NCBI GenBank assembly: GCA_965645245.1
Contig: OZ287087.1
Span: 1,240,001-1,304,000 of the forward strand
DNA length: 64,000 bases
Reading direction: 5' to 3'
From: Massalongia carnosa
Lineage: Eukaryota
Shown: positions 61,810-64,000 of the stretch, in pieces
Numbering within the stretch: position 1 is the stretch's first letter
Layout of the letters: every line of letters starts with the position of its first letter
Program-made: the position numbers and the translations under genes
Notes under the pieces: model-generated
Seen by the model: only the letters and a program-made list of their open reading frames with translations
Told to the model about the DNA's origin: nothing
Databases searched by the model: none

Positions 61810-64000
61810 ACGTTGCCTCCGTCGTATTGGCCCGGCAAATGAGGAAATCCCCATGCCGCCACCTCTTCTCAACGGTTTTCCTATATTACGACAACAGTCA
61901 GCATCGTGTCCGAGCAATGATCGACTGCGGAGCAACTTGGAACCTTATCGCTCAAACCTGGCTAAATGAGGTAGGTGTTCGAGATCCTCCCGGCTCCCCT
62001 CCACCATCTGGGTTGAAAACTCTCGATGGAACCCCCTTCCAGACTTATTTTGATCCTGCCCTGCGCGTCGGGGTTGTTGATGACAATGGTCTTGAGCGAG
62101 TGGCCGAGCAGGCGTTCGTCGCGTCAGACATGTATGGGGTGGACATGATCCTGGGCTTGCCCTGGTTGGGTCATGCCAATCCATCCATCGGCTGGCGCGA
62201 AAGGAGGATAATCCATGAAAGCCACCTCATTGAGGGTGAAGTACGAGATGACCTGCCAGGGGAACGTCCCGGGGTCACTGTAGGCGATGAGGAAACCCCT
62301 CATCGAAGTATCAATCTCCCAGTAGTGGCAATGGTGAGTGAGCAGGAGATCTTTGACATCTGCGAATGCGAGGGCGTCGACGCATTCCTAATAGACATTC
62401 GGGAAGTGCTCGGTGGGAGCCCGGAGTCGGAGTCAATAGTTGGTGCCATCTCTACGTCTAGCAATAAACTTCTGCCTCTGTATCAATCCTACAGTGACGT
62501 CTGCTCCAATGAAAAAGCTTCAGTGCTACCAGAACGAGGGCCCCACGACCATAAAATCAATCTGGAAGGCGAACCACCCCCGACCCGGCCCATGTATAAC
62601 CTCTCCCTCACCGAACTAGAAACCCTAAAAGACTACATCGACGACAACCTGGCAAAAGGGTATATTACCCATAGCACCTCACGACTAGGCGCGCCCGTCC
62701 TATTCACCAAGAAGAAAGATGGTAGTCTACGTCTCTGTGTCGATTATCGGGCCCTAAATGCTGCTACGATTAAGAATAAGTACCCTCTACCCCTGATCCA
62801 GGGGCTGTTCGACATCGTCAGCGGGTCGGCTATCTACACCAAGTTGGATTTGAGGGACGCATACAACACCCTCCGAATCGCCGCCGGGGACGAATGGAAG
62901 ACGGCCTTCAGATGTAGATATGGCCATTTTGAGTATAGAGTCATGCCCTTCGGACTGGTCAATGCCCCCGCCTCCTTTCAAGCGTTCATTCACGAGGTGT
63001 TGAAAGAGAATCTCGACCAGTTCGTAGTAGTATATCTTGACGACATCCTCATCTTCTCCAAGACGGAAGAGGAGCATTCGGGCCACGTTCGATGGGTTCT
63101 GGATCAATTGCGGAAATGGAAACTACACGCAAAGTTATCGAAATGCACCTTCCACGCGTACGAGCTGGACTTCCTGGGCTACATACTCTCCCGAAAAGGC
63201 ATCGCCATGGACCCAGGACGAATTTTTACGGTGACGCAATGGCCGGAGCCGAAATCTCATCGAGAAGTTCAAGTCTTTCTTGGATTCGCCAACTTCTATA
63301 GACGCTTCATCAAAGGATTCTCGCGCATAGTGGCGCCAATCACTTCCTTGCTGAAAGGTGGGGACAAAGGCCGTTTCCGGGGGAAGTTCGTGTGGACGGA
63401 CAAGGCAAAGGGGGCTTTTGAGGCGTTAAAAATCGCGTTCACTAGCGCCCCAATGTTGCTGCATTTCGATCCTGCAAGGCGTATTAAGCTCGAGACGGAT
63501 GCGTCAGATTTCGCCCTATCAGGAATCCTCAGTCAACTAGTCGAAGAAACGGGCCAATGGCACCCGATCGCCTTCTGGTCCCGGAAAATGACCCCTGCAG
63601 AAATCAATTATGGGGTCGGGGAGAAGGAAATGTTAGCAATCGTGGAAGCGTGCAAAAATTGGAGACACTATCTTGAAGGGGCAAACTTCCCCGTCAAAGT
63701 GCTCACCGATCATGGAAACCTTCGCACCTTTTTCACAACCAAAACACTATCTAGACGCGAAGCGCGTTGGTGGGAAAGACTATCCAGTCTAGACCTACAG
63801 CTCGAGTACAGACCTGGTCGGAATAATCCGGCAGATGGACCCTCGCGACGCCCGGACTACGCAGGGCCAGGCTTGCATCGTCAAGACGAGGCCACGCTGC
63901 TGGGTCAGGGGGTCGTCGGGGGGGAAAGCGAGGTATATCAAACGAGAGCCTACGCATTAGTTTCTTCAGATGAAGTCGGTCAAGGGCCGAAGGAATCCTT
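61788..64000 (+). CDS. pol: Pol of Gypsy E (partial; -1 frame; absent from the ORF track, apparently because it has no stop in the window)
   Basis: From GGGAAAA: RAMIDCGATWNLI protease, LRLCVDYRALN, YLDD, ETDASD and EKEMLAIV motifs. Confidence 0.9.

Larger units (their letters stand above)
60264..64000 (+). mobile_element. Ty3/Gypsy family E, 5' part (runs off the window)
   Basis: Putative LTR 60264-60640 (TGTCAGG..CTTACA) followed by a self-complementary PBS; intact gag and open pol. Confidence 0.92.

Overview
Gene-free, nested transposable-element cluster, most likely from a filamentous ascomycete (inferred from Tad1-like LINEs, chromodomain Ty3/Gypsy elements and RIP-like C>T hypermutation). 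An old, heavily mutated AT-rich layer comprises a Copia (~4.4-7.9 kb), a LINE (~8.3-14.9 kb) and a minus-strand Gypsy whose pieces run from ~21.5 to 60.3 kb. Inserted into this layer are five Gypsy families. A (14959-21346) is intact with identical LTRs, B (40468-46573) is hypermutated, C spans 46895-52602, D spans 53145-59828, and E runs from 60264 to the window end. Also inserted are a Copia (34835-40323) with a 15x50-bp hairpin array in its leader, several LINEs or LINE fragments, two copies of a ~570-bp non-coding TRIM, and a solo LTR. Most notable: (1) an unassigned block at 29.55-31.3 kb with four dispersed 34-nt tRNA T-arm-like modules whose stems covary; (2) a hypermutation spectrum favouring CpC/CpT rather than canonical CpA; (3) a self-priming TRIM carrying a tRNA-like T-arm/B-box; (4) a Tf1-type self-priming signature in every Gypsy family present. 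No host gene, rRNA, intact tRNA or CRISPR array could be supported. All comparisons were made by eye.
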